Of a DNA stretch of 63,324 bases, positions 26,264 through 39,643 are shown piece by piece. Both the position numbers and the translations under genes were made by a program. The notes beneath the pieces are model-generated. The model had not been told where the DNA came from, ran no database searches, and saw only the letters and a program-made list of their open reading frames with translations. How positions within the stretch are numbered: the stretch's first letter is position 1; each line of letters starts with the position of its first letter. The DNA comes from Octopus bimaculoides (lineage: Eukaryota), in NCBI RefSeq assembly GCF_001194135.2, contig NC_068991.1, positions 73,583,909 to 73,647,232 of the forward strand, given 5' to 3'.

Positions 26264-26498
26264 TGTGTGTGTATGTGTGTTTGTGTGTGTGTTTCTGTTT
26301 GCCCACCACCACCTCTCGACAGCTGGTGTTGGCTTGTTTACATCCCCGTTACTTAGCTGTTCGTCAAAATAAACCGTCAGAGTGAGTGCTAGGCTTTAAA
26401 ATAGTAAATACCAGGGTCATGTCCTTCGACTAAACTTTTCAATGCGGTGCCCCAGCATGGCCGCAGTCCAATGACTGAAATACGTTAAAGGTAAAAGA
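25881..26498 (+). mobile_element. SINE family C with expanded (GT)n (contains a gap)
   Basis: Same head and tail motifs as 17184. Confidence 0.7.
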
Positions 26499-26652
26499 AT
26501 ATATGTATATTTATATACATATATTTATTCTCATCCAAGATGGAGATGATTACAAAAAAGAGTTCCATGTGACAGCCTTCATAATTGTTACGAGATTTCC
26601 CTCCGCCTGAAAACAATGGTAGTAGCCTTGCTAACCCAGAATTATACATGTT

Positions 26653-27161
26653 GAGACCCCCTTCGGTCATGACTGACCATGGGATTCCACCTAGAAAGTT
26701 ACCCTACCAAGCACAAGTTCTATTCAGTACCACAGATTTGCTTGTCAGTTGCTTGACCATAACTAGTTGAGCATGTCCCTTAGTGGCTGATGGTATGTGC
26801 ATCTCTGATCACGAGCAGAAGTAGTGGGGGAACATCATAGCCATGCGCTGAGAGGAATTCTTTGAAGTTTGGATAATTCACTTCTGGAAACATGGGTGTT
26901 TCGTTCATCATCCTTCAACAACTCTTATTCAGGGATCTTTTGAGCGGAATGGGCTACTCAACCTGAAGAAAATTCCAACTGGGGCCCTCCCTGCAAGGTC
27001 ATGCGCTGTTTAACTTGATAGGGGATCACCATGTTTTGCATATATGACTGTGTTGCTTGTGTCTGTTGTATACCTATCAGACGAGTAGTCATGATGGGTA
27101 TATTAGATTTCGTATATTTTACCCCAGTATCACTTTGATGGCATGTATTGCGCTTTTCCTC

Positions 27162-27200
<39 letters not shown>
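26653..27200 (+). mobile_element. Retroposon-like segment ending in an (AAT)13 tail
   Basis: GC-richer complex sequence without an ORF ending at (AAT)n 27162-27200. Family identity rests on recollection of an octopus repeat and is not verified. Confidence 0.4.
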
Positions 27201-27208
<8 letters not shown>

Positions 27209-27764
27209 ATTTTGTAATAAATTTATATTGATAAAGTATTCTAAAAGTTGTTATATTATAGAGAAAATAGTAATAGTAGGCGGCTTTGTATTTTTGAAAT
27301 GATGAAAAAAAAAAGAAGAAGCGTAGGAACTATGATCACCGCGATTCTTCATAGAATTCTATCTTGACAACTGTTATAAATGTCGGCTTGTTTGAAAAGT
27401 TCTATAGTTGTTGTTATTAAGTTGAAAGTTATTGAAAAACCGAAACAGATATTACATTATGAGTTTTTATCATAAGGTTTTTCCTTTTCATCCTTCATCA
27501 TAATATACTTGTGTGTGTATGTGTAGCGGTATACACACATAACTAGTACTGACATACACACACACACACACACAAACACACACATATATATGTATATATA
27601 TGTATGCATGCATGTATATATATATATATATATGTATGCATGCATGTATATATATATATATATATATGTGTGTATGTATGTATTTATATGTACATATATA
27701 TATATATATATATATGTATGTATATGTGTGTGTATATGTATGTATATATATATGTATACATATA

Positions 27765-27802
<38 letters not shown>

Positions 27803-28414
27803 TGTGTGTGTGTGCGTATATGTTTGCATTTAAATACATTTGTTTCTGCATGTACGTATATATATAAAATAATATACTTATATAAAAGACACGAATAAAT
27901 GTGTGTATGTGTATATATATATATACATACACACAAACACACGCACTCATACAGCACTCATTTTCACGCACACAGAGACATAAACGCACAGATACACGCA
28001 CACACACTAATATACAGGCACACACATTCCACTAACTCTTTCTATATTATATTGTAATAGCAATTTAGAAGAGTACCGATGCTTTCGACATCTCCTTATT
28101 TCAGTTAATATATACACGTGTGTGTGTGTGTGTACCTGTGTGTGTGTACCTCTGTGTGTGTGTGGGTGTGTGTGTGTTTGTGCGCGTGTGTTTCTTTCTT
28201 TTGACGCACAGAGTTACGCAGTAAACACACGTACGCACGTGTCTACAGATAGGGACCAAACACACAATCACGCAAACACACCACATTATCGTTTTATCGA
28301 ATGTGTAACGAGAAAAAGAATTAACAGCTTAAAATATATCTGGCAGCAGAAAAAAATGAAGATTTAATGAACAATGTGTGTGCGCGCGCGCGTGCATGTG
28401 TATGTATATGTATG

Positions 28415-28498
<84 letters not shown>

Positions 28499-29106
28499 NN
28501 NNNNNNNNNNNNNNNNNNNNNNNNNNNNNNNNNNNNNNNNNNNNNNNNNNNNNNNNNNNNNNNNNNNNNNNNNNNNNNNNNNNNNNNNNNNNNNNNNNNN
28601 NNNNNNNNNNNNNNNNNNNNNNNNNNNNNNNNNNNNNNNNNNNNNNNNNNNNNNNNNNNNNNNNNNNNNNNNNNNNNNNNNNNNNNNNNNNNNNNNNNNN
28701 NNNNNNNNNNNNNNNNNNNNNNNNNNNNNNNNNNNNNNNNNNNNNNNNNNNNNNNNNNNNNNNNNNNNNNNNNNNNNNNNNNNNNNNNNNNNNNNNNNNN
28801 NNNNNNNNNNNNNNNNNNNNNNNNNNNNNNNNNNNNNNNNNNNNNNNNNNNNNNNNNNNNNNNNNNNNNNNNNNNNNNNNNNNNNNNNNNNNNNNNNNNN
28901 NNNNNNNNNNNNNNNNNNNNNNNNNNNNNNNNNNNNNNNNNNNNNNNNNNNNNNNNNNNNNNNNNNNNNNNNNNNNNNNNNNNNNNNNNNNNNNNNNNNN
29001 NNNNNNNNNNNNNNNNNNNNNNNNNNNNNNNNNNNNNNNNNNNNNNNNNNNNNNNNNNNNNNNNNNNNNNNNNNNNNNNNNNNNNNNNNNNNNNNNNNNN
29101 NNNNNN

Positions 29107-29140
<34 letters not shown>

Positions 29141-29609
29141 TATATATATATGTACGTATATGTATATATATATATGTATATATATTAAATAAATAAATAT
29201 GTATATATACATGAATGCATAAACATGACTTTGCGCGCATCTGTGTCTGAGTGCGTCTGTTTAGGTGTGTGTGTATAAATTTAGAATAAATACACATTTT
29301 CGTTTTTACGTCAACACTAACAAATTTCATAAATCTATTCATTTGTTCTTCCTGTTTTTGGCACACTGATTTCTCTTTCTCTCGCCTCCTCCTCCTGTGC
29401 CTTCCCCCTCTCTCTCTCTCTCTCTCTCACTCACGTAGGCAAATATACAGCGGAACACACCCGTAGGTATTCGCACACACACACAAAGACATACATACAT
29501 ATATATATATATGTATATATTTACCTGTGTTTTCATGCAAGTATATGTATATATGCACACATAAATGTATATATATGTGTGCGTGTGACTGTGTGTGTGA
29601 ATGTGTGTT

Positions 29610-29662
<53 letters not shown>

Positions 29663-30298
29663 GCCTGTGTGCATATACTGAGAGGAGAGAAGAAAATGTA
29701 ATTCTGAATGCTATATGCAATGTATATATTCCCACCAAAAGTATGTACCTAATTTTGCGTGTGCCCGTTTGTGTATTTGTGAGTGCTGAACATGTTTGTA
29801 CGTGCGTGTCTATATCTACATATATGTACATTAATATAGACATATATATACGACAAAAGTAACAGGAAATGTTTTCTATGACACAAGCTTCCGCCGCTAG
29901 GAGTCACTTCATGCGACCTTCAGGCATCAGTCTTCCAACCGACGTTGTCCAGTGAGGTCATGCTGCCACGTGATGCGTCTTTATTTTCCAATAATTCTTG
30001 CCTGTTCGCCGATTTTGGCGATGGCTGAAACGAAGAGAACAGCGTGCTTCCGTGAAATTCTGGTGTTCACTCACACATATAAACAGCCAACAACAAACAC
30101 CGCACACCTAACACACACACGAACATACACACACATGTGCGCACATGCACATACCCACACATAGACAGATACTTCCTTCTCTTGCACTCTCCTTTTTCTT
30201 CACCCATTGCCTTCCAGTCTTTTCAAAATGTAACCAATGTGGATCGTTGGTGATTTTTTTTACTGTCTCCTTTTCTCTTGAATTTTCCTCTGTCTCCT

Positions 30299-30333
30299 GT
30301 TTCTGAAGAATAGCTTTGCTCGAAACGTAAAAC
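30299..30333 (+). ncRNA. Minimal hammerhead motif with G10.1>U lesion
   Basis: GUUU-CUGAAGA-A-UAGC-UUU-GCUC-GAAA-CG-UA-AAAC: stem I 4 bp, stem II 3 bp plus a U/C mismatch at the 10.1-11.1 pair, ACGU palindrome, GUA site. Confidence 0.55.
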
Positions 30334-30483
30334 CACCTTTCTTTCCTTCCCTGAGCGTCCGCTAATTCGTTGCATGTACACGTCTTCGCGTTGTTGTTCT
30401 TTTTCACGTTTGTTCTTCGCTTTTTCTTTGATTTAATATATATGTATATATGTATACATACATATATACACATGTGTGTGTGT

Positions 30484-30527
<44 letters not shown>

Positions 30528-31524
30528 TAAATGAAAGACGGAAGATGGAATACAAAAAATATTTTTAATCACGGCAATTGTTTCGTTTTATCGATCCCTC
30601 ACGGTGGGACACTTTACAACTGGTTCATGAGTATCCGGCGGTGCAGATGTGTCTCATCGGGTGATAAATAGACACAATTCGTTAAAATAACAGTTCTGCA
30701 ATGTATCTTCTCGTTTTGTAGAAAGAAAAGCAGCAAAACGAAGGAAATATCTTCATTTGTGATAGATCAAAAATAAAATCACAAATGCAAAAAAGAAACG
30801 AACAGGCAATGCAACGGGAAAAGTATTAAAAATAACCGTTAACAGATATGAATCTATAAATGCCCTCGCGTAAACTGCATGGTGCCTGTTCACTCACTCA
30901 TAGAAGCATCCGTGTAAATGTAAGCATACGCACTCGTGTGGTTTGGTGCACACACGATCACAAAGCGAGTTAAATATAAGTAAATGCCTACGTGACAATC
31001 TATAGAAGCTAAGGTTTTCAGAAAAAGAAGTCAATAACATGAACATTATAAATACAATCTTTAAGCTGGCCAATAAAAATATACGATGTGTATTTGTTTT
31101 TCATATTTATATTCCAACGATGGGTTTTTGTATCTTTGCTGGAAACTAACTCCTTCCTTACAAGAAGTTTTAAGATGATTAAAATTTCGTAGGGAACAAT
31201 ACCTTCATACATGCATACTCAACTATGAGGACGGGGTGAGAAAATGAATTGCCACGGTCATTTGAATGTCGGGGATTAGGTTTTTCCTAATATATTCTGG
31301 ATCTCGGCGAGTTCATTTCAACTACCGTCAGGGTCAATTTCGTGAATCACCTTTCCGAAATCCACAGAAAATAGTGATAATCCAGAAGACTAAATTGGTT
31401 CTGCACTGTACCTGTTCTATGAGCTTCGAATTCATATGCTGCTTTGGCATCGCTTGTCTGGGATTAATCTATCAACCAAAAACGTAACCAGACCCATCCC
31501 GATAGTGCCTAGTTTAAATAAGAT

Positions 31525-31542
31525 AGATAGATACATACATAC

Positions 31543-31574
<32 letters not shown>

Positions 31575-31616
31575 GCAGACAGGCAGGCAGACAGACAGAC
31601 AGGCAGGCAGACAGAC

Positions 31617-31651
<35 letters not shown>

Positions 31652-31667
31652 CAGATAGACAGATAGC

Positions 31668-31737
<70 letters not shown>
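31525..31737. repeat. Compound (GACA)n/(GGCA)/(GATA)n microsatellite
   Basis: Direct reading. Confidence 0.95.
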
Positions 31738-31738
<1 letters not shown>

Positions 31739-31814
31739 GGGACGAATCGTGGATCTTAAGAAGGGCTATACAATTTAGCATATGTATGAAATCGAAGTAT
31801 TTGAAGTTGGGCAC

Positions 31815-31903
<89 letters not shown>

Positions 31904-32084
31904 AAAAGAAAGAGAGTGAGAGAGAGTATATTGGAAAATATATTGTATATGTATTTTTTCAGTTACCATAAAAATGAAAGATTTATATTAAAATCGGATT
32001 TATTATTTGCAAGAATTTATATATCTTAGGCGTGCACTGCACGCAGAAGAGCGCAATACTTTATATATGCTATATATATACATC

Positions 32085-32160
<76 letters not shown>

Positions 32161-33712
32161 NNNNNNNNNNNNNNNNNNNNNNNNNNNNNNNNNNNNNNNN
32201 NNNNNNNNNNNNNNNNNNNNNNNNNNNNNNNNNNNNNNNNNNNNNNNNNNNNNNNNNNNNNNNNNNNNNNNNNNNNNNNNNNNNNNNNNNNNNNNNNNNN
32301 NNNNNNNNNNNNNNNNNNNNNNNNNNNNNNNNNNNNNNNNNNNNNNNNNNNNNNNNNNNNNNNNNNNNNNNNNNNNNNNNNNNNNNNNNNNNNNNNNNNN
32401 NNNNNNNNNNNNNNNNNNTATATATATATATATATATGTATGTATATACACACATATGTATGTGTGTATGTTTGGAAGTACGAATATATATATGCATATA
32501 GTCACATACAGACATTCACACATACATATGCCAACATATCTACATTACTATCACTTTTCATCTTATTTTCGCCTCTCTTCTTTTCCTCCTTCTCATCCAT
32601 AAACGCCTGTGATTTAGTTTCTCTTTTGTAATTTATATCTTTCGTCATGTGATACAAAAAAAATGTGATTGATGGTATTTAAATTAGGTGACATGTTTGT
32701 TCGTTATCCCCTCTTCTTTCCTTTGTTTTTTGTCCTTCCTATACGATTCCAATATCCATTGCCACAGTTCATTTGACTCAACATTTGATATTATTATTAC
32801 AATACTTCCATATATTGATTGTTATTGTGAATGCGACTCTTATACATTAGATGGTTCCATTTCGGCAGTTGTAATTTATCAAATCATTCATCGGTTGTTT
32901 CAGACCTTGTAACTTACATACGATAAGATTGTTATAGTCCTCTCTCGTCAAACACTCTATAATACGCATGTAACAAAAGGAAGTAGCAGCCGATCAAAAT
33001 TTAGAACAGATTGGAAACAAAAAAGATTATATCCATTCTTCGGAAGATTAAATACAAATAAAAATATAATCTAAAAACTTGTACAATTCAATAATTCATC
33101 TGTTTTGCTTAAATTAAACCATGTATTTCAATGTGCTGAAATGCTTAAGGTTACATGTACTTTAATGTTTGTGACAATTACATCGCCACATCTTATCAAT
33201 CAGTCGTAAAATGAATATTCAGATATTTTGTGTAAACCGTGGTGTTACCACATCATACTTAAATAAAAATAACAATGAATGGAATTATTTTAGTTTTAAT
33301 CTTTAGTAATCAGAAATTTCGAATAAAATATTGCATATGATCAATTTGCTTAGAAACGTACGTTCCTACCTTCGTGTCTCTTCACAGCAAAGCATACAGT
33401 TATACGCATGTGCAGGATTATATCTAACATGTATATCACTGTTCTTAATTGGAGTATACAACATTGTTTGTGTGAATATGTATGAATGTATGCTGTATTT
33501 TACAGTATGTATGTACATATACATGCATACTTACTTGCAGACATATATATGTGTGTGTGTGTGCGCGCGTGTGTATGTGTATATATGTATATGTATGCAT
33601 ATATGTGTGTGTTTGTGTCTGCGTGTCTGTGTCTGCGTGTTTGTATGTATATATGTGTTTGTGTGTGTATCCATAAATATATGTGCGTGTATGTGAATGG
33701 AAGTGTATGCTC

Positions 33713-33754
<42 letters not shown>

Positions 33755-34056
33755 AAGGGGAATATACGTATGTGGCGATGGGGTGTGCGATGTTACATAG
33801 ATCTTATGGAGAATATATTATTTGATAATTGCATTATACACTTTTGTGTTTTTTCATAATTCTTCCATATTAGGATATGTTATTTGTGTGTTCTTTGTAT
33901 ATTTTGTTTTTTGTTATTTTGTACTCGATAAACTCTTTGTTTTAAGAAGTTGTTTCTTCTCTCGACTCTTTCAGATTCACTCTATGCCACAAGATGCCAC
34001 CCTCACGAATGTTGACGACAGGGAAATTACATAGTCCGGGTTTGACAACGGCAATA

Positions 34057-34870
34057 ATGGCACCAAAATTCTTTGTTTTCTATGTGTGTCTGTTTCTGCT
34101 GGTGTCGCAAGTTTTCGGGGAAGTGACCCCAGTCATTCATTTGCAGACAACCAGCGGAGCTGACATTCAAACCTCTTCGAAAGATTCGCGACAAGAACAA
34201 CAACAACAGCAACACGCAAAGCAGCCTGCAAACTCGCAGCAACCACAAGAACAAGAACAGAAATCTTTAGCAAAGTCTTCGACGATAAAAGTCATTGGTA
34301 AGAAGAACCTATTGAGTCAAACGACACATGTTGTTTCGTTACCAGTGTCTACAGCAGCGTCCGCGTCATCTTCGTTGCCAACATCATCATTTGCTGCCAC
34401 AAGCAGCACACTCCGGCTTCTCTCCTCATCAACTCAACAGCATGACATGACTAGTTCCATAAACGATCCTTTGCCAATGTCGAAAACTAGCGTGGCCACA
34501 GCAACAAGTACCATATTGACGAATACCGAAAAATACGGAGCTAAAACTACCACTGAAGAGAGTCAGAAAATTCTTAAGAAACTCACCACGAATTTACCGA
34601 CCTCCAAATCTTATAATACTGTAGCCGAGAAATCCAGTTCTACGGACGATTCCTCGGAGAAAAACACAAAGCACGAGTTCTACAGTGATTCGTCTTCTTC
34701 AAAGACAATTCCTCAAACGACTGAGGGTCTGTTGGATTCTACAACATCTTCTGTCCTTTCCTTGATCAAAACTATATCAACCGTGACCACGATCACACAT
34801 GGAGGGAAAATGACGCCTACATCTAGCGTAGTACTTCCTCTTGACGACAGCATAACCAACAACAACGATC

Positions 34871-34928
<58 letters not shown>

Positions 34929-35308
34929 CGATAAAGTCAACAAAACTCTTGGAAATGTCCACGTAAACAACAATGAAGCCAAAGAACCAAATCCGAGAGT
35001 GGAGGAACCCGAATGGGAAAAGAAAAACCAGACACAACATTCACCTAAATATCTGAGTGATGAGTTTGGCTTCTACGATATGGAGAAAGAGATAAATCCT
35101 TCGGAAGGTGAAACCGCGGAAAGGATTCTATTAAATCGAACGCAGTCATCCGATGATACATTATTCAATGGGTTCATAACAGCGAACCTCACTGAAAAGG
35201 CCAACTTGACAGAAAGGCAGATTTTTTTTCCTGAACATTTTGCAGAGCGACGCATGAAACACCGAGCCTGGTTCACACAACATCACCGCTTCACTCGACA
35301 CGAACTAG
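34057..35308 (+). CDS. First coding exon (417 codons + 1 nt) of an unidentified secreted or type-II membrane protein with a mucin-like S/T-rich stalk
   Basis: ATG 34057 in a good context (gcaataATGg) starts MAPKFFVFYVCLFLLVSQVFG-EV, a hydrophobic signal-peptide pattern. The frame stays open for >1.2 kb of complex sequence in AT-rich DNA. Pyrimidine-rich acceptor ttcttctctcgactctttcag ends at 33974; donor ctag|GTGAGT at 35308/35309 (phase 1). Upstream in-frame ATGs at 33994 and 34009 are alternative starts. The ORF-track extension past 35308 is intron read-through. Confidence 0.85.
34873..34926 (+). repeat. (AAT)18 coding microsatellite (poly-Asn) inside the exon
   Basis: Direct reading; in frame with the CDS. 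Confidence 0.95.
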
Positions 35309-35446
35309 GTGAGTTCCCTTTTATATTTTTTGCCTGCGGTTTTTACGTGTATGTTTCTTCTATTATTATAGGTTGTTTTTTTTTTCAATTACCGTATATT
35401 TCTTTATTCTTTTTTCACCTTTGCAACAGGTATGGAATTTATATAT

Positions 35447-35494
<48 letters not shown>

Positions 35495-36194
35495 ACACAC
35501 ACACACACATATACATATTTAATATATATATATGTATANNNNNNNNNNNNNNNNNNNNNNNNNNNNNNNNNNNNNNNNNNNNNNNNNNNNNNNNNNNNNN
35601 NNNNNNNNNNNNNATATATATATACATACATACATACATACATACATACATACATACATACATACATACATACACACACTTGTGTGTGTGAGTACGCACA
35701 CATATAAGAGAGAAAATCAATTTATAAAAATAAAAGACTGATTACACTTATCAGAGGGTGTCCTGGGCTTTAAAGGCATACAAGATATCGATCTGCACAA
35801 AAAACATTTTTAGCCTAAAATTCTAACCGGTCGGATAGCATGCAGCCTAATGCGATTACAAAGACCTAAAGATATCAACCCTTTGATTCAACAATTGTAA
35901 TGCTTACAATATAACATACTCATATATTAACTAACGATTTCAATGGGTACAGCCATACATGTGTAGATATATATGGCTTTGCAACTAATTAATCTCACTA
36001 CATGCCCCATAGTTCAAATATTTTCTATCACAGCTTAGAAATTAAGGCTTTAACTTACATAAAAATCCATTGGAAGAATAAATAAACCGTTGCTCTCTCT
36101 GAATCAGCCTTTGTGACTTATTGTTTTAGATATTCTAAGTTTTTACACCTACTCATGTACAATATTTTACAACTATTTAGTAATTCACTCACCA

Positions 36195-36241
36195 CAACTT
36201 CGCTGAAGAGGTCTAAAATTAAGGAAACATGTCTGTAGTTG
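36195..36241 (+). ncRNA. Decayed minimal hammerhead motif (intronic, sense)
   Basis: CAACUUCG-CUGAAGA-ggtctaaaattaag-GAAA-CAUG-UC-UGUAGUUG: stem I 7/8 pairs, ACAUGU palindrome, GUC site; stem II broken. Confidence 0.45.
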
Positions 36242-39200
36242 TCTACCGTATTTGTCGGAATATATTTTCTTTGCCCCAGAGTTAATTTTTTTTAACTTGG
36301 TGGTAGAATTAGTCTGTCGACCAGCTTAACACCACCTGGTCCTTGGGTCCCCCTAGTAGACTCCCCTATTTTGCAACTATTTGGCAAGGGTTCTGTGGGT
36401 GTTAATCCTTCTATGGAAAGGGTCATGGCACCGCCTTTCTTCCAGTGACTAAGCAATTAAAATTGCTAGTATGATTAAATCGGAATTCCCAATACTGCTT
36501 TGAGATAATATAATGAATATTTCTCTTTATCTAAACAAAAAAAATTAAGATTAAATTGAAACTAAATCTAAGCATATGTTGTTTAGTCCAAGAGTAGTCT
36601 TGAAATACCAAACCTATTATCAAAGGGGATCTTTCAATTGTGATCTAATTCTTTTCACCCTGACTACCCTTCTCGTTTCGCTCTTCCTTTTTCTTTAAGA
36701 CGGTCGTTTGATATTATGACAAGTATTTGGTTGTTATTTATAGCAGATCGAGGAACCATATGAAAGGTATCTACACTGGTTCTGCAAAGCTTATTTATCT
36801 CGAATTTCACTAAGATTCGTCGGCATTTGATGTTCCGAAAAAGCAAAGGCTGAGATAATAGGCATGTCTGTGTATTTTAAATAAAAATCCTGTCTGAACA
36901 GCTATTTTCATATCAGCTTAACTTCTCTAATTTTGGAAAATCCGATCGATAGATTTAATAACAGAATGTATTATAGAATTCATTTCAATCTTGACAGATT
37001 TTAAATTATTTTAATGCTAACATCCTCTAAGGAAAGCGGTGCAGTAAAAAGGTGGGGATTTTAATTCAGTTTCGGTTATAAATCAAATACTGTCTCGTAC
37101 ATTATTATACGATAAAGATCGGAGCTTAGCTCTTCACCAGCTTGGTGTGGTAACTGCATAAAGAATGTATTGATAACATTCGAAAAGAAATTGATACCGT
37201 GATAAAACTGTAATTAATAGTTCTATGTGTCTATGTTTATTGTACATTTCAAAGAAATTCTTGTTGACTCTGTCTCTATATAAGCACATCACTGCATACA
37301 AATAAACAGATCTGCTTTTATTAAGTGAATGACGTCAGAACAACGAATTTATTTTATTTTTATTTTACTTTATTTACTTTCATTTGAGGGTGTACAAACG
37401 AATCTTAATGAACAAAGTCTTCGAAAATATTTCTACAAATGAAAGCGCTCGTTAATTATTTAAGTGATAAAGAAAACTAAAGAAGGAAAAAGACAAAGAA
37501 AATTAAAAACCATGAAAATGAAAAGAGCGAATGCATGAATGAAAGAATGAGTGTGAGATTGAGTAAATTAGTGAAATCTAAGAGAACTTAAATCCAACAT
37601 CGTTTAACTTGATGAACTAAAAAGGAAACAGCAGCTCTGTACAAGTCGTTCAACAGTTTAATTGCATTTATCTCCCCCTTGTTTCAACACAACATTTTTT
37701 TTTTCTTATTGCTTTACAAAAATGTTAATCAATTTTAAGACAAGTTTTCTCCGAATACATTTTCTGTCTAATTACTTGCTATTTTTGTCATTGCTATTAA
37801 TTTATTTATCCTGATCTGCAAAACGACCATATTTCCACTTCTATAGTTCTTTCTTTCAAATGGAAATTCAGTTTGAATCTTCAATTTTCTTTAGTTTTCC
37901 GTATTCTTATTCTTTCATATTTATTTCATTTTTTCAGAAGTGAACAAAACACTTCCTTCAATGCATCTGTTCTTCTTTATACAATCTTATTCCAAAAGAT
38001 TTTTCTAATTTTCATTGCTCATTCACACCAAAAATCTTCGAGTCTATTGTTTAAGTTGCATCTGCCTTGTCGCCATCTTGACTACATTCTGTCGGTATAT
38101 CAAATGTATTCATATAAATTATTGGATGAATATTACAATTTATAATAGTTTACTCCTCTTCTCTTCTTTTTATATATGTTTTGCTTTCTGTTCAATTATG
38201 TATGACTTTTAAAAAAATTGATTTATTATGAGGATAAAATGCATGTGAAACGTGTTTATATCTATTGTCTGGTGAAAACGAATATGAGGAATATAGTACA
38301 CAGATACATTGCTATATATTGTATATAATCATTATGTATATATTCTACATGTTATAAATATACATATATTATATATACATATATATAGGTACATATATAT
38401 ANNNNNNNNNNNNNNNNNNNNNNNNNNNNNNNNNNNNNNNNNNNNNNNNNNNNNNNNNNNNNNNNNNNNNNNNNNNNNNNNNNNNNNNNNNNNNNNNNNN
38501 NNNNNNNNNNNNNNNNNNNNNNNNNNNNNNNNNNNNNNNNNNNNNNNNNNNNNNNNNNNNNNNNNNNNNNNNNNNNNNNNNNNNNNNNNNNNNNNNNNNN
38601 NNNNNNNNNNNNNNNNNNNNNNNNNNNNNNNNNNNNNNNNNNNNNNNNNNNNNNNNNNNNNNNNNNNNNNNNNNNNNNNNNNNNNNNNNNNNNNNNNNNN
38701 NNNNNNNNNNNNNNNNNNNNNNNNNNNNNNNNNNNNNNNNNNNNNNNNNNNNNNNNNNNNNNNNNNNNNNNNNNNNNNNNNNNNNNNNNNNNNNNNNNNN
38801 NNNNNNNNNNNNNNNNNNNNNNNNNNNNNNNNNNNNNNNNNNNNNNNNNNNNNNNNNNNNNNNNNNNNNNNNNNNNNNNNNNNNNNNNNNNNNNNNNNNN
38901 NNNNNNNNNNNNNNNNNNNNNNNNNNNNNNNNNNNNNNNNNNNNNNNNNNNNNNNNNNNNNNNNNNNNNNNNNNNNNNNNNNNNNNNNNNNNNNNNNNNN
39001 NNNNNNNNNNNNNNNNNNNNNNNNNNNNNNNNNNNNNNNNNNNNNNNNNNNNNNNNNNNNNNNNNNNNNNNNNNNNNNNNNNNNNNNNNNNNNNNNNNNN
39101 NNNNNNNNNNNNNNNNNNNNNNNNNNNNNNNNNNNNNNNNNNNNNNNNNNNNNNNNNNNNNNNNNNNNNNNNNNNNNNNNNNNNNNNNNNNNNNNNNNNN

Positions 39201-39610
39201 NNNNNNNNNNNNNNNNNNNNNNNNNNNNNNNNNNNNNNNNNNNNNNNNNNNNNNNNNNNNNNNNNNNNNNNNNNNNNNNNNNNNNNNNNNNNNNNNNNNN
39301 NNATACATACATACATAGACACATACATACACGCACGCACATACACACACATACGTACACACATACACGAACACACATACATATATACATACATACACAT
39401 ACATACACATACATACATACACACACATACATACATACATACATACATGCATGCATACATACATACACGCATACACACATGCATACGTACATACACACAC
39501 GTACATACATACATACATAAAAAAAGAAGGAAAACGAGAAATATACATATGTAGTATTCCTAGCTCTGTGAATATATATATATATGTGTGTGTGTGTGTA
39601 TGTATCTATG

Positions 39611-39643
<33 letters not shown>

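Noticed and set aside
26963-27000. CTGAAGA in the retroposon-like segment
   Set aside because: No downstream stem II-GAAA module.
31225-31505. Possible Tc1/mariner relic (mariner-like start, faint MNS..Y..IL...LIP echo on minus)
   Set aside because: Requires several frameshifts; no partner TIR found.
34553-34573. CTGAAGA...GAAA inside the CDS
   Set aside because: No possible stem II or palindromic stem III; chance match.
35309-35691. C-terminal part of the 565-aa ORF (GEFPFIFFACG... hydrophobic stretch)
   Set aside because: Lies after a perfect AG|GTGAGT donor and runs into (CA)n and a gap; intron read-through, not a TM domain.
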